Shown here piece after piece: positions 51,561 to 62,448 of a stretch of 64,000 nucleotides of DNA. This stretch comes from Mustelus asterias (lineage: Eukaryota): positions 45,632,001 to 45,696,000 of the forward strand of contig NC_135805.1 in assembly GCF_964213995.1 (NCBI RefSeq). Direction: 5' to 3'. The notes under the pieces were generated by a model. It had not been told where the DNA came from. It worked only from the letters and a program-made list of their open reading frames with translations, and made no database searches. The first letter of the stretch is position 1, and the number at the start of each line of letters is the position of its first letter. Position numbers and translations under genes: made by a program.

Positions 51561-51793
51561 GTGGAAACACAATGTTGACTGGATTATCACTGAGAGTACA
51601 AAAAGAAATCTCCTCCATGATGCCTCTGGACCTGTCAAAATATGTACACATCACCAGCCCAGCAAATCGGGACTTCACAGTGTGGAGTGGAGGTGCAGCC
51701 CTGGCAAATTCATCTGCCATTGAGTGTGCCTGGATCAGCCGAGAAGAATATTATGAGTTTGGTCCAAAGATTGTTCATAGGAAGTGCTTTTAA
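51561..51793 (+). CDS. Actin domain terminal exon (GNTMLTGL...WISREEYYEFGPKIVHRKCF*)
   Basis: tttcttaaag acceptor in phase 1; canonical actin C-terminus HRKCF then TAA. Confidence 0.95.
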
Positions 51794-52736
51794 ATTAGAA
51801 ATCCTGTACAAAGTATTTTACGGATTTCTTTTATTGATCATAATGCAATAACGATTTAACCAGTGTTATCTGAAAGCAATATTCCAAAATAAGGTCTATA
51901 TTTCTTTATAGTAGGTGACTTTTCTTTTCAACTGTGTTTTTATTGAGCTGGAGTGCTGACTAGAATCATAATTTGCTACTTAGTTCTGCCTGTAGCTGGG
52001 GAGGCCCAGGCCTTGATGTTTCAATGCTTGAGGCTTAATGTTTCAAAGTTTGATTCTGTATGTTCTGTTCCCACCCCTGCTGTGTGTCATGGATGACAAA
52101 AGCATTTTTTCTTGCTGCATCCTACCAGAGCACTAACCTCAAGTGCTAGCGAGTGGGAGGATGCAGCTACAAATTTTGATCCCAGGGTTCATACGTTAAT
52201 TTTCTACTCTTGGGGGTGGACAATGCTGAGTTGGAGCTATTGGCATCATCTATGTCATCATCTCTACTCCAAAGATGTGTGGGTTAGGTTGATTGGCCAT
52301 GTTAAATTGCCCCTTAGTGTCCCGGGATGGGTAGGTTAGAGGATTTGTGGGGTAAATATGTGGGGCGACGAAGATTGGGCCTGGGTGGGATTGTGGTCAG
52401 TGCAGACTCGATGGGCCGAATTGGCTCCTTCTGCACTGTAGGGATTCTATGATTCTATGTTGGGGAAAGGGTGGAAAGCAGAGGAAAATGGAGCAGATTA
52501 GCTTAGCTTGGGCTGCCATCCAAAATGGAAGCTGTTGGAACATTTCGTTGTCCTCATCTGTCCTTTTGAAAGACCAAAGAAGTGGCTTGATATTGGCTGG
52601 ACTAAATAACTTGAATAATTTGGTAGAAATAATGCGCATCTAAAAAGAAAATGTATATTTTGGAGCAATCTGCATCTATATTCAAAGAAATGTTTACGAA
52701 ACGCAGCATCGCACAAGAGCTTTTGTTTACATAAAT

Positions 52737-53798
52737 CCATTGGCTAGCGGATAGGAAACAGAGGGTGGTGGTTGATAGTAAATATTCATCATGGAGTGCG
52801 GTTACAAGTGGTGTACCTCAGGGATCTGTTTTGGGGCCACTGCTGTTTGTAATATTTATTAATGATCTGGATGAGGGTATAGTTGGGTGGATTAGCAAAT
52901 TTGCTGATGACACCAAAGTCGGTGGTGTGGTAGACAGTGAGGAAGGGTGTCGTAGTTTGCAGGAAGACTTAGACAGGTTGCAAAGTTGGGCCGAGAGGTG
53001 GCGGATGGAGTTTAATGCGGAGAAGTGTGAGGTAATTCACTTTGGTAGGAATAACAGATGTGTTGAGTATAGGGCTAACGGGAGGACTTTGAATAGTGTG
53101 GAGGAGCAGAGGGATCTAGGTGTATGTGTGCATAGATCCCTGAAAGTTGGGAATCAAGTAGATAAGGTTGTTAAGAAGGCATATGGTGTCTTGGCGTTTA
53201 TTGGTAGGGGGATTGAATTTAGGAGTCGTAGCGTTATGTTGCAACTGTACACAACTCTGGTGCGGCCGCACTTGGAGTACTGTGTGCAGTTCTGGTCCCC
53301 ACATTACAGGAAGGATGTGGAGGCTTTGGAGAGGGTGCAGAGGAGGTTTACCAGGATGTTGCCTGGTATGGAGGGGAGATCCTATGAGGAGAGGCTGAGG
53401 GATTTGGGATTGTTTTCGCTGGAAAGGCGGCGGCTAAGAGGGGATCTTATTGAAACATATAAGATGATTAGAGGTTTAGATAGGGTGGATAGTGATAGCC
53501 TTTTTCCTCTGATGGAGAAATCCAGCACGAGGGGGCATGGCTTTAAATTGAGGGGGGGTAGTTATAGAACCGATGTCAGGGGTAGGTTCTTTACCCAGAG
53601 GGTGGTGAGGGATTGGAATGCCCTGCCAGCATCAGTAGTAAATGCGCCTAGTTTGGGGGCGTTTAAGAGATCCGTAGATAGGTTCATGGATGAAAAGAAA
53701 TTGGTTTAGGTTGGAGGGTCACAGTTTTTTTTTTAACTGGTCGGTGCAACATCGTGGGCCGAAGGGCCTGTTCTGCGCTGTAATGTTCTATGTTCTAT
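52737..53798 (+). mobile_element. Young 5'-truncated CR1 (RT C-terminal half)
   Basis: 314-aa open ORF with KFADD; CR1 tail. Confidence 0.93.
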
Positions 53799-56006
53799 AG
53801 AGACTCTCCTTTCCAATAAAAATTTGCCCCAGCTTCTGAATAGTATCACAAATAATTTAGACATGTTTTTTACCCTATTTATGTATCATTAAATCACTGA
53901 CTAGTTTAGGAGCACTGAGGTAGAGTGCCATGATTCTGGCTCTGTGCAAAAGAGTGGTTCTATTTTAGAGGCCAGTCTTTTCTGAATACATTTTGTAAAA
54001 AAATCAATTAAAGTAGAATGTGGATGTTTTCTTGGTGTTTAAGATCAGGGATAATATTATCACAGGGCCTTTTCTGGAAGAGTTGCTTCATGGAATGTTT
54101 TATCCAGGCTAAACTGCCCTGAAACTTTGTACTGTAATACACTTGTTACGGTGTCACCTTCATCTAATAGCTGCTTCTGAAAGAATCATGTCTTGGACAG
54201 ATTTTAGGAATGTATTTTTATGTGCCATTGATGGGGTGACATTCAAGCTCCCTTTAGAAAGAATTAGAAACTGAAATGTAAATGCTGCATTGATCATCTT
54301 TGGGGACAGCTTATTATTACAATTCTTGTTTCAGCATTTCAAATTTTTTTTTGCCTCTACATCAATATTGCCATTAAATCCTGATAAATGTGAATCAAAT
54401 TTGCCAAGAGACCTGCTTGAAATGGAACCTCTGAATTTCAGGAGCGTTTGGAACAAATGTACATTTTCTCAAACTCTAACTTGTTACCTTCAAAGAATAA
54501 GGTAACTTGAGGGAAATGCAATCATTGCGAACCAGTTATCTGCCAATCACATTCAAATGCTTATATTTTAAAATGTAATAGTTTGATGCATGACGTGAAT
54601 CACACTAAATCTGACACACAACGTAGAGGGCAAAGCCTGCACACTTTTCCAATTGCTATCCTGCTCAAAAGTCTGGCAGATAGGAAATGCGATCAGTACT
54701 AACTATGAACAAGGAACTCGGACAAATCCAACCATTTGAATCACTCCCTTTTTTCCCCCCGGGAATCAGGAACAAGGAACTGCCACAAAATGAACAGAGA
54801 TTCTTCAACTATTTTATTTCAAGCTGCCTTTAGCCATTCAATCTCTATCTCTTTCAGGTAGATATTTGTGGCTAAAGAAATTCAATGAGATGTTGAAATT
54901 GAGTAAATCATCAAAGGAACATGTGTAAGCTATGTAGAGACATTGGCCGGAACGCTACCACCTCACCCGCCACGGAAACGGAGCGGGAGAGGGTCTGATA
55001 ATGGAAATCTCTGTTGACTTCAGGGGGGAATTTCCAGTCTTGCCCAAGCGAGGCCGGAAAATCCCGCCCATTGGGCGATGTATGGGAAAAGGAGAGAAAG
55101 GCAGTCAGACAAAGGAAAAAATACTTGGGTTTTCGCAGTAACTTCTTTGCAGTGTTAATGTAAGCCTACTTTTGACGCTAATAAATAAACTTAAACTATT
55201 TGCAAGTAAAAATGTGGAAACTATACAGAAAGAACTAGACAGAAGGAAATAAGTGCAGAAAGATTTTATTTGTTTGGGAACAAAAAAAAATCAATTTTTC
55301 TAATTAATCTTGTCATGGTAAAATAGTACATTCTTTGCTATAAACAAAGTCACTGGAGACCTGCTGGTACCTAATATAAATACACACATGGATGTGATCT
55401 ACGGGAAAACTACCATCATTTGTAGAGTTAAACAGAAATGGAAAAGAATGTTTATCATAATTTCATAAATCACAGTATTGCTGATGGCTTTTTTTCTTGA
55501 GGTAATATATTTCATTATGTTAGATTATTTGCACAAAAAATGTATTAATGGCAAGCAAAACATGATGACTGGGGCCTTTTAATTTTGCCCCCCTCAAAAT
55601 TGTGAAATATTAGACTGTATAACATTCTGAAATGCTAAGGCTGAAGTATTATACAATGTACAATTTTATCTTTTGTTCAAAATAAATGTATTTTTAAAGT
55701 TAAACATCACTTTTAGTGAGACTTGTGTGGATTCCTTGTGCAATATCCCCATTTAACTTGAAAAATGTTTATATATTTTCCTTGAGACATTATTTTCCAC
55801 AGATATAAAATTCGGGGGTAGGTCAGGAACAAAAAGTTGCTGTTGCACAGGAGCCTCTTTCTTTTTTACTTGGACTTTGATAAGTCACTTAGTGCCGAAA
55901 TCACTGATATGTGCTCCATGCTGTGTAAAACCATACCCTTATATTCAACTACATCCTCCCAGATCCCAGTTTGTCCCTCCAGGTAAAACAGCTCCAGCAA
56001 AATGAA

Positions 56007-59000
56007 TAGAACAAAGAACAAAGAACAATACAGCACAGGAACAGGCCCTTCGGCCCTCCAAGCCCGCGCCGCTCCCCGGTCCAGGATTGAATCCTGAATC
56101 CAGGATCCCCACCCATTTTCCAGCCTATCTACATACCAATATCCTATCCACCGAGCTGTCCCCCACAGCTACGATGCTTTGTTCATTACAACCTATTAAC
56201 TCACCCCCACCCCCCCATTCCAGACCATGTGATCTCCAGGGAGAGGCGAAAACCCAGAGTGAATAACCCCAGGGCCAATATGGGGAAACAAAATCTGGGA
56301 AATTCCTCTCCGACCCCCTGAGGCGATCGAAACGAGTCCAGGAGATCACAATGGCCCTGATCGGAAAATGCTTCCCAACCCTAGTCATTTCCACTTCCAC
56401 GAGAAACAAGGAACAATTAGCCCGCGCCGCTCCCTGGTCCAAACTAGACCACTCTTTTGTATCCCTCCATTCCCACTCCGTTCATATAGCTGTCTAGATA
56501 AGTCTTAAACGTTCCCAGTGTGTCCGCCTCCACCACCTTGCCCGGCAACACATTCCAGGCCCCCACGACCCTCTGTGTGAAATATGTCCTTCTGATATCT
56601 GTGTTAAACCTCCCCCCCTTCACCTTGTACCGATGACCCCTCGTGAACGTCACCACCGACCCGGGGAAAAGCTTCCCACCGTTCACCCTATCTATGCCTT
56701 TCATAATTTTATACACCTCTATTAAGTCTCCCCTCACCCTCCGTCTTTCCAAGGAGAACAACCCCAGTTTCCCCAATCTCTCCTCATAACCAAGCCCCTC
56801 CATACCAGGCAACATCCTGGTAAACCTCCTCTGTACTCTCTCCAAAGCCTCCACGTCCTTCTGGTAGTGTGGCGACCAGAACTGGACGCAGTATTCCAAA
56901 TGCGGCCGAACCAACGTTCTATACATCTGCAACATCAGACCCCAACTTTTATACTCTATGCCCCGTCCTATAAAGGCAAGCATGCCATATGCCTTCTTCA
57001 CCACCTTCTCCACCTGTGACGTCACCTTCAAAGATCTGTGGACTTGCACACCCAGGTCCCTCTGCATCTCTACACCCTTTATGGTTCTTCCATTTATCGT
57101 GTAGCTCCTCCTTACATTATTCCCACCAAAATGCATCACTTCGCATTTATCAGGATTGAACTCCATCTGCCATTTCCTTGCCCAAATTTCCAGCCTATCT
57201 ATATCCTTCTGTAGCCTCTGACAATGTTCCTCACTATCTGCAAGTCCTGCCAGTTTTGTGTCGTCCGCAAACTTACTGATCACCCCAGTTACTCCTTCTT
57301 CCAGATCATTTATATAAATCACAAACAGCAGAGGTCCCAATACAGAGCCCTGCGGTACACCACTAGTCACAGGCCTCCAGCCGGAAAAAGACCCTTCCAC
57401 TACCACCCTCTGTCTTCTATGACCAAGCCAGTTCTCCACCCATCTAGCCACCTCCCCCTTTATCCCATGGGATCCAACCTTTTTCACTAGCCTACCATGA
57501 GGGACTTTGTCAAACGCTTTACTAAAGTCCATATAGACAACATCCACGGCCCTTCCTTCGTCAACCATTTTGGTCACTTCTTCAAAAAACACCACCAGGT
57601 TAGTGAGGCATGACCTCCCTCTCACAAAACCATGTTGACTATCGTTAATGAGTTTATTCCTTTCTAAATGCGCATACATCCTATCTTTAAGAATCTTCTC
57701 CAACAACTTCCCCACCACGGACGTCAAGCTCACCGGCCTATAATTACCCGGGTTATCCTTCCTACCCTTCTTAAATAACGGGACCACATTGGCTCTCCTC
57801 CAATCCTCTGGGACCTCACCTGTGTCCAGTGACGAGACAAAGATTTGCGTCAGAGGCCCAACGATTTCACCTCTCGTCTCCCTGAGCAGCCTTGGATAGA
57901 TTCCATCAGGCCCTGGGGATTTGTCAGTCTTTATATTCTCTAACAAACCTAACACTTCCTCCTTTGTAATGGAGATTTTCTCCAACGGTTCAACACTCCC
58001 CTCCGAGACACTTCCAGTCAACACATCCCTCTCCTTTGTGAATACTGACGCAAAGTATTCATTTAGGATCTCCCCTACCTCTTTGGGCTCCAAGCATAAG
58101 TCCCCACTTTTGTCCCTGAGAGGTCCGATTTTTTCCCTAACAACCCTTTTGTTCCTAACGTATGAATAAAATGCCTTGGGATTCTCCTTAATCCTGTCTG
58201 CCAAGAACATTTCGTGACCCCTTTTTGCTCTTCTAATTCCCCGTTTGAGTATTTTCCTACTTTCATTGTACTCCTCCAGAGCTCCCTCCGTTTTTAGCTG
58301 ATTGGACCTAGCATACGCCTCTCTTTTCCTTTTGACCAGTCCCTCAATTTCCCTGGTTATCCACGGTTCCCTAATCCTACCCTTCCTATCCTTCTTTTTT
58401 ACAGGCACATGCTTGTCCTGTAGCCCTAACAACCGTTCCTTAAAAGACTGCCACATACCAGATGTGGATTTACCCTCAAACAGCCTCTCCCAATCAAGAG
58501 CTGCCAATTTCTGCCTTATCCCAATAAAGTTAGCCTTCCCCCAATCCAACACCTTACCCTTGGGACACCACTCATCCTTTTCCATCACTATCCTAAAGCT
58601 AACAGAATTGTGGTCACTATTTGCCACATGTTCCCCTACCAAAACTTTGAAGACCTGACCGGGCTCATTCCCCAGTACCAGGTCCAGTATAGCCCCCTCT
58701 CTAGTTGGGCTGTCCACATATTGTTCCAACGAACCCTCCTGTACACATTTTACAAATTCCTCCCCATCCAGAGTCCCTGCCCTCAGCGATTTCCAGTCTA
58801 TACCAGGGAAATTGAAGTCTCCCACTACAACAACCCTATATTTCCTGCACCTATCCAGTATCTCCTGACATATCCATTCTTCCACTTCCCTTGGGCTGTT
58901 GGGGGGCCTGTAGTACACCCCCAACATAGTGACTGCGCCTTTCCTGTTTCTAAGCTCCACCCAGAGTGACTCGCTACACGACTCCTCCGAATTGTCCTCC

Positions 59001-59016
59001 CTCTGCACCGCTGTAA
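56007..59016 (-). mobile_element. Young CR1 LINE, truncated within the endonuclease, with an extended 3' UTR
   Basis: 862-aa open ORF 56444-59032; (gaacaaa)n tail near 56007-56030. Confidence 0.95.
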
Positions 59017-59285
59017 GATGATAAAGAAGCAAAAGATGAATGAGTATTAGGTCGAAGAAATGCAGAGAAAATCACAGAGAGAGAGAGCTAAACTCAGTCA
59101 AATTTTTAAATTGCAGACAACTGTCTGCAAATCTCACAGCTCATTCCTGTGTCTAAGTGGGACATTTCTCTGACCTATTCCAGTTGCGAGGTCTGGCGGT
59201 GGGATGGAAGGGGAAGTAGCCATCCCACCAAGTTGTTGATAAAACTTGGTGCTCTTTGATGTGGGAGCACAAGTTCAGTTTGAAC

Positions 59286-59615
59286 CATAGAATCCCTACG
59301 GTGCAGAGGGAGGTCATTCATCTCATTGAGTCAGCATCAACTCTCCAAAAGAGCACCACATCCAGGCCCATCATCCCACCCTATCCCCGTAGCTCCATAC
59401 GTTGATCTTGGCCAGTCCACCTATCCTGCACATCTCTGGGCTCGAAGGGGGCAGTTTAGCATGGCCAATTCAACTAACCCGCACATCTTTGGACTGTGGG
59501 AGGAAACCGGAAGAAACCCATACAGACACGGGGAGAATGTGCAGACTCTACACAGTCAGTCAAGACCAGAATCAAACTTGGCACTGTGAGGCAGCAGTGC
59601 CAAGCACTGTACCAT
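59286..59615 (-). mobile_element. HE1/V-SINE type A, diverged
   Basis: V-domain core and CR1-type tail. Confidence 0.75.
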
Positions 59616-60034
59616 CATGACTCCTTTTTAAAGGACGACCCGATCTCGGTGCTCAGAGAGCCCCTATCCCCCTCCTCCTCACCTCAGCATGGAAATGATG
59701 ACCTCCTGCTGACAAGGAGAGCGCTACCAACCCCTCAGGAAAGAGGGGGGCATCCTCCCCCCCCCTAACTAACAGGTCACCCCACCAACACCATGCAGGA
59801 ATGAGGGTTGCCGACTCCCCCGCCCTCAAGCCTGCCCTTCAGGCCATCCCCCTCAGCAGTCCCAATGATGCACTGCCCCCAGGCATTGATACCCTGGGCC
59901 TGCCATGTTGAACCCCGAGGGGAGTTAAGGAGGTAAGTGCAACGTGCATGTGTCCTGTGCCGCTGCAAGGCTGCAGAGGGCCTGGTATTGGGTGGACTTG
60001 GGCTGGAAGTAAGGTGTTGAATCCTCCCTGACAT

Positions 60035-60322
60035 AAAGTAAAAGTTTATTTATTAGTCACAAGTCAGGCTTACATTAACACTGCAAAGAAGTTGCTGTGA
60101 AATTCCCCTAGTCGCCACAGTCCGGCACCTGGTCGGGTCAATGCCCCCAACCAGCACGTCTTTCAGACTGTGGGAGGAAACCGGACCACCCAGAGGAAAC
60201 CCATGCAGACACGGGGAGAACATGCAAACTCCACACAGACAGTGACCCAAGCCAAGGATTGAACCCGGGTCCCTGGTGCCGTGAAGCAACAATGCTAACC
60301 ATTGTACCACTGTGCTGCCCCA
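60035..60322 (-). mobile_element. V-SINE tail type B
   Basis: Same variant as 15815-16070. Confidence 0.8.
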
Positions 60323-60902
60323 TGGGGCTTTCATGGCTGGACTGCCCCGTCTAGCTTTGGGAAGATCACTGCTGGCATGGTGAGTTCAGGCATCTCATCT
60401 CCTCCGCACCCCCTACCCCACCGCCACCAACCCTGGTAAAAACCTGACAGATGTCAAATTGATTTTGAAGCTTTACAAAATTCTATCTTTCCTGCTTGCT
60501 TTGATGGATTTTTGTGAGGGCAGATGATTTGGGTTTGCAGAATCCAACAGGTTCTGGGGAGAGGGAATTATGTTATTAAGCTATGTGCCTAATTGAATGT
60601 CAGGTGGGGTTTGAGGGTCTGAATGCACTTCTTCCCTTCCTATGTTCCTACCTTCAAGAGTGTGAATCACTATAATGTGGACCTGTTGCCCAGGTTCTAC
60701 CATCTCTTGGCCTCACTGCACACTATTATCAGGCTTTATTCCAGTCGCTAGGCTGGCTGCCTGCTGTTTTTCAGGATTAGTTCATGAAAAAAACTTAACC
60801 TTGGAGCTCTTAACAGAGCTTTGTGCCAGCAGATAGAGTGCTCATTGGGCACCCTCACAAACGCTCCATTGATTTAGAACAAGCATTAAAGGGCAGAAAA
60901 AT

Positions 60903-61325
60903 GATGAGGATAGGTTGAGGGAGCTTGGTCTCTTCTCCCTGGAGAGACGAAGGATGAGAGGTGACCTGATAGAGGTTTACAAGATGTTGAGAGGTCTGGA
61001 TAGGGTAGACTCTCAGAGGCTATTTCCAAGGGCTGAAATGGTTGCTACGAGAGGACACAGGTTTAAGGTGCTGGGGGGTAGGTACAGAGGAGATGTCAGG
61101 GGTAAGTTTTTCACTCAGAGGGTGGTGGGTGAGTGGAATCGGCTGACGTCGGTGGTGGTGGAGGCAAACTCGTTGGGGTCTTTTAAGAGACTTCTGGAGG
61201 AGTACATGGGATTTAATGGGATTGAGGGCTATAGATAGGCCTAGAGGTGGGGATGTGATCGGCGCAACTTGTGGGCCGAAGGGCCTGTTTGTGCTGTGGC
61301 TTTCTATGTTCTATGTTCTATGTTA
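60903..61325 (+). mobile_element. CR1 3' fragment (same subfamily as 46480-49498)
   Basis: RELGLFSLERRRMRGDLIEVYKML; CR1 tail. Confidence 0.9.
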
Positions 61326-62039
61326 AAAAACATCTGCTAAGATCACATAGCCCTCCTGTCTTCTTCCACAGCCAGAAAGGGGCACAGCCGGCATATGTAA
61401 CGTCTACATTATGTCAGCAACCAAAAGGCGCCCTGGTGACTCCCCCATCTGCAGCTCTTGAAGCTGCGAGCTAGGTTTTCCACATCCTTCATTCAGCCAG
61501 CTCTTGGCACACAGCTATGTTCTGAGCTCCAGGCTATCATTTTTTTTGAATTAACTAATTCTGAAAAGTTGCAGGCAGACAGTTCAAAGCACTGTAGGCC
61601 AGTTGCCTTTTTTAAAAACTGCCAGTTCGCTAACCATTGTGGACACTTTGCCATTGGCGCTCACTGGAGATCTCTTTAGCTGTGTTAATTTTTAAAAAGT
61701 TAAAAGTTACAAGGCCAATGCTTAGAATGGACTTGGTGGACCCAAATCCATGCCTTGCTTGCTCCAAAAACCAAATTCAAATTGAATCCAATTCAAGATC
61801 CCCATACGAGACACAAACACGATCCAAGCTGACAAAATCAGGCGTTTGCACCTTATCTTGGGCTTGATCTGACACTTGATCTTAGCCAAAGGTGTTAATC
61901 CCTTAGTGCACCATTCGTTACACAGCACCAGGGGAAGGGGAAAGCGAAAGGGGATAAGGATAGGGATAGAGATAGGGGAAGGGATAGGAATGGGGGAAGG
62001 GAGAGGGATAGGGGGTAGGAGAAGGCACCATATTTAAAT

Positions 62040-62243
62040 GGCATCCCTCATTGGTGAGTTGCGGTGACGTTCTGCATTAAGAACGTCGGGAGAATTGACG
62101 CGGTCCAATCAGGGTGGTCAGTCGGTGTATGTCCCCATGGTAACGGAATAGTTGCATTAAACAACAGCAGGAGTTACCGGGCCGAGAGTTGGAAACATTG
62201 TGAATTCAGGGAGTTCATTAGCCAGGGTCTGTTTATAAAGCAG
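62040..62243 (+). promoter_or_regulatory. CFAP206: Putative CFAP206 promoter and non-coding first exon (motile-cilia type)
   Basis: X-box GTCCCCATGGTAAC (62131-62144), CCAAT (62105-62109), forkhead TAAACAA (62158-62164), two TGACG half-sites; donor cag|gtagtg at 62243. Confidence 0.65.
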
Positions 62244-62340
62244 GTAGTGAAAAGTTTGATTAAGCAGACTGGTATCAACAATTAATGTGTGTCCTCCATT
62301 ACCTTAAACTTCTCTTGTGCTTTTGTTTGAAAGCTGCAGG

Positions 62341-62448
62341 ATGGCTTATAGCCAGGCTGAATGTGTGATAAAGAATATCATTCGGGAAATAGCCCAGGAG
62401 TGCGCTGATAGGGGACACTCCATCTCTGAGACACTTGTAGCATTCATG
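62341..62448 (+). CDS. CFAP206: Cilia- and flagella-associated protein 206, first coding exon
   Basis: MAYSQAECVIKNIIREIAQECADRGHSISETLVAFM matches my recall of the human CFAP206 N-terminus (MPPTQAESVIRSIIREIGQECAAHGEIVSETLIAFM). Acceptor just before the ATG; atg|gtgagt donor. Confidence 0.9.

Noticed and set aside
24431-51793. Conventional actin gene (ACTB/ACTA) or actin pseudogene
   Set aside because: Too divergent, different introns and no start codon; yet all exons are open with intact splice sites, so not a pseudogene. No gene symbol assigned.
51794-55700. Poly(A) site of the fusion gene
   Set aside because: No canonical AATAAA close to the stop; candidates at 53815 and 55681 cannot be distinguished without transcript data.
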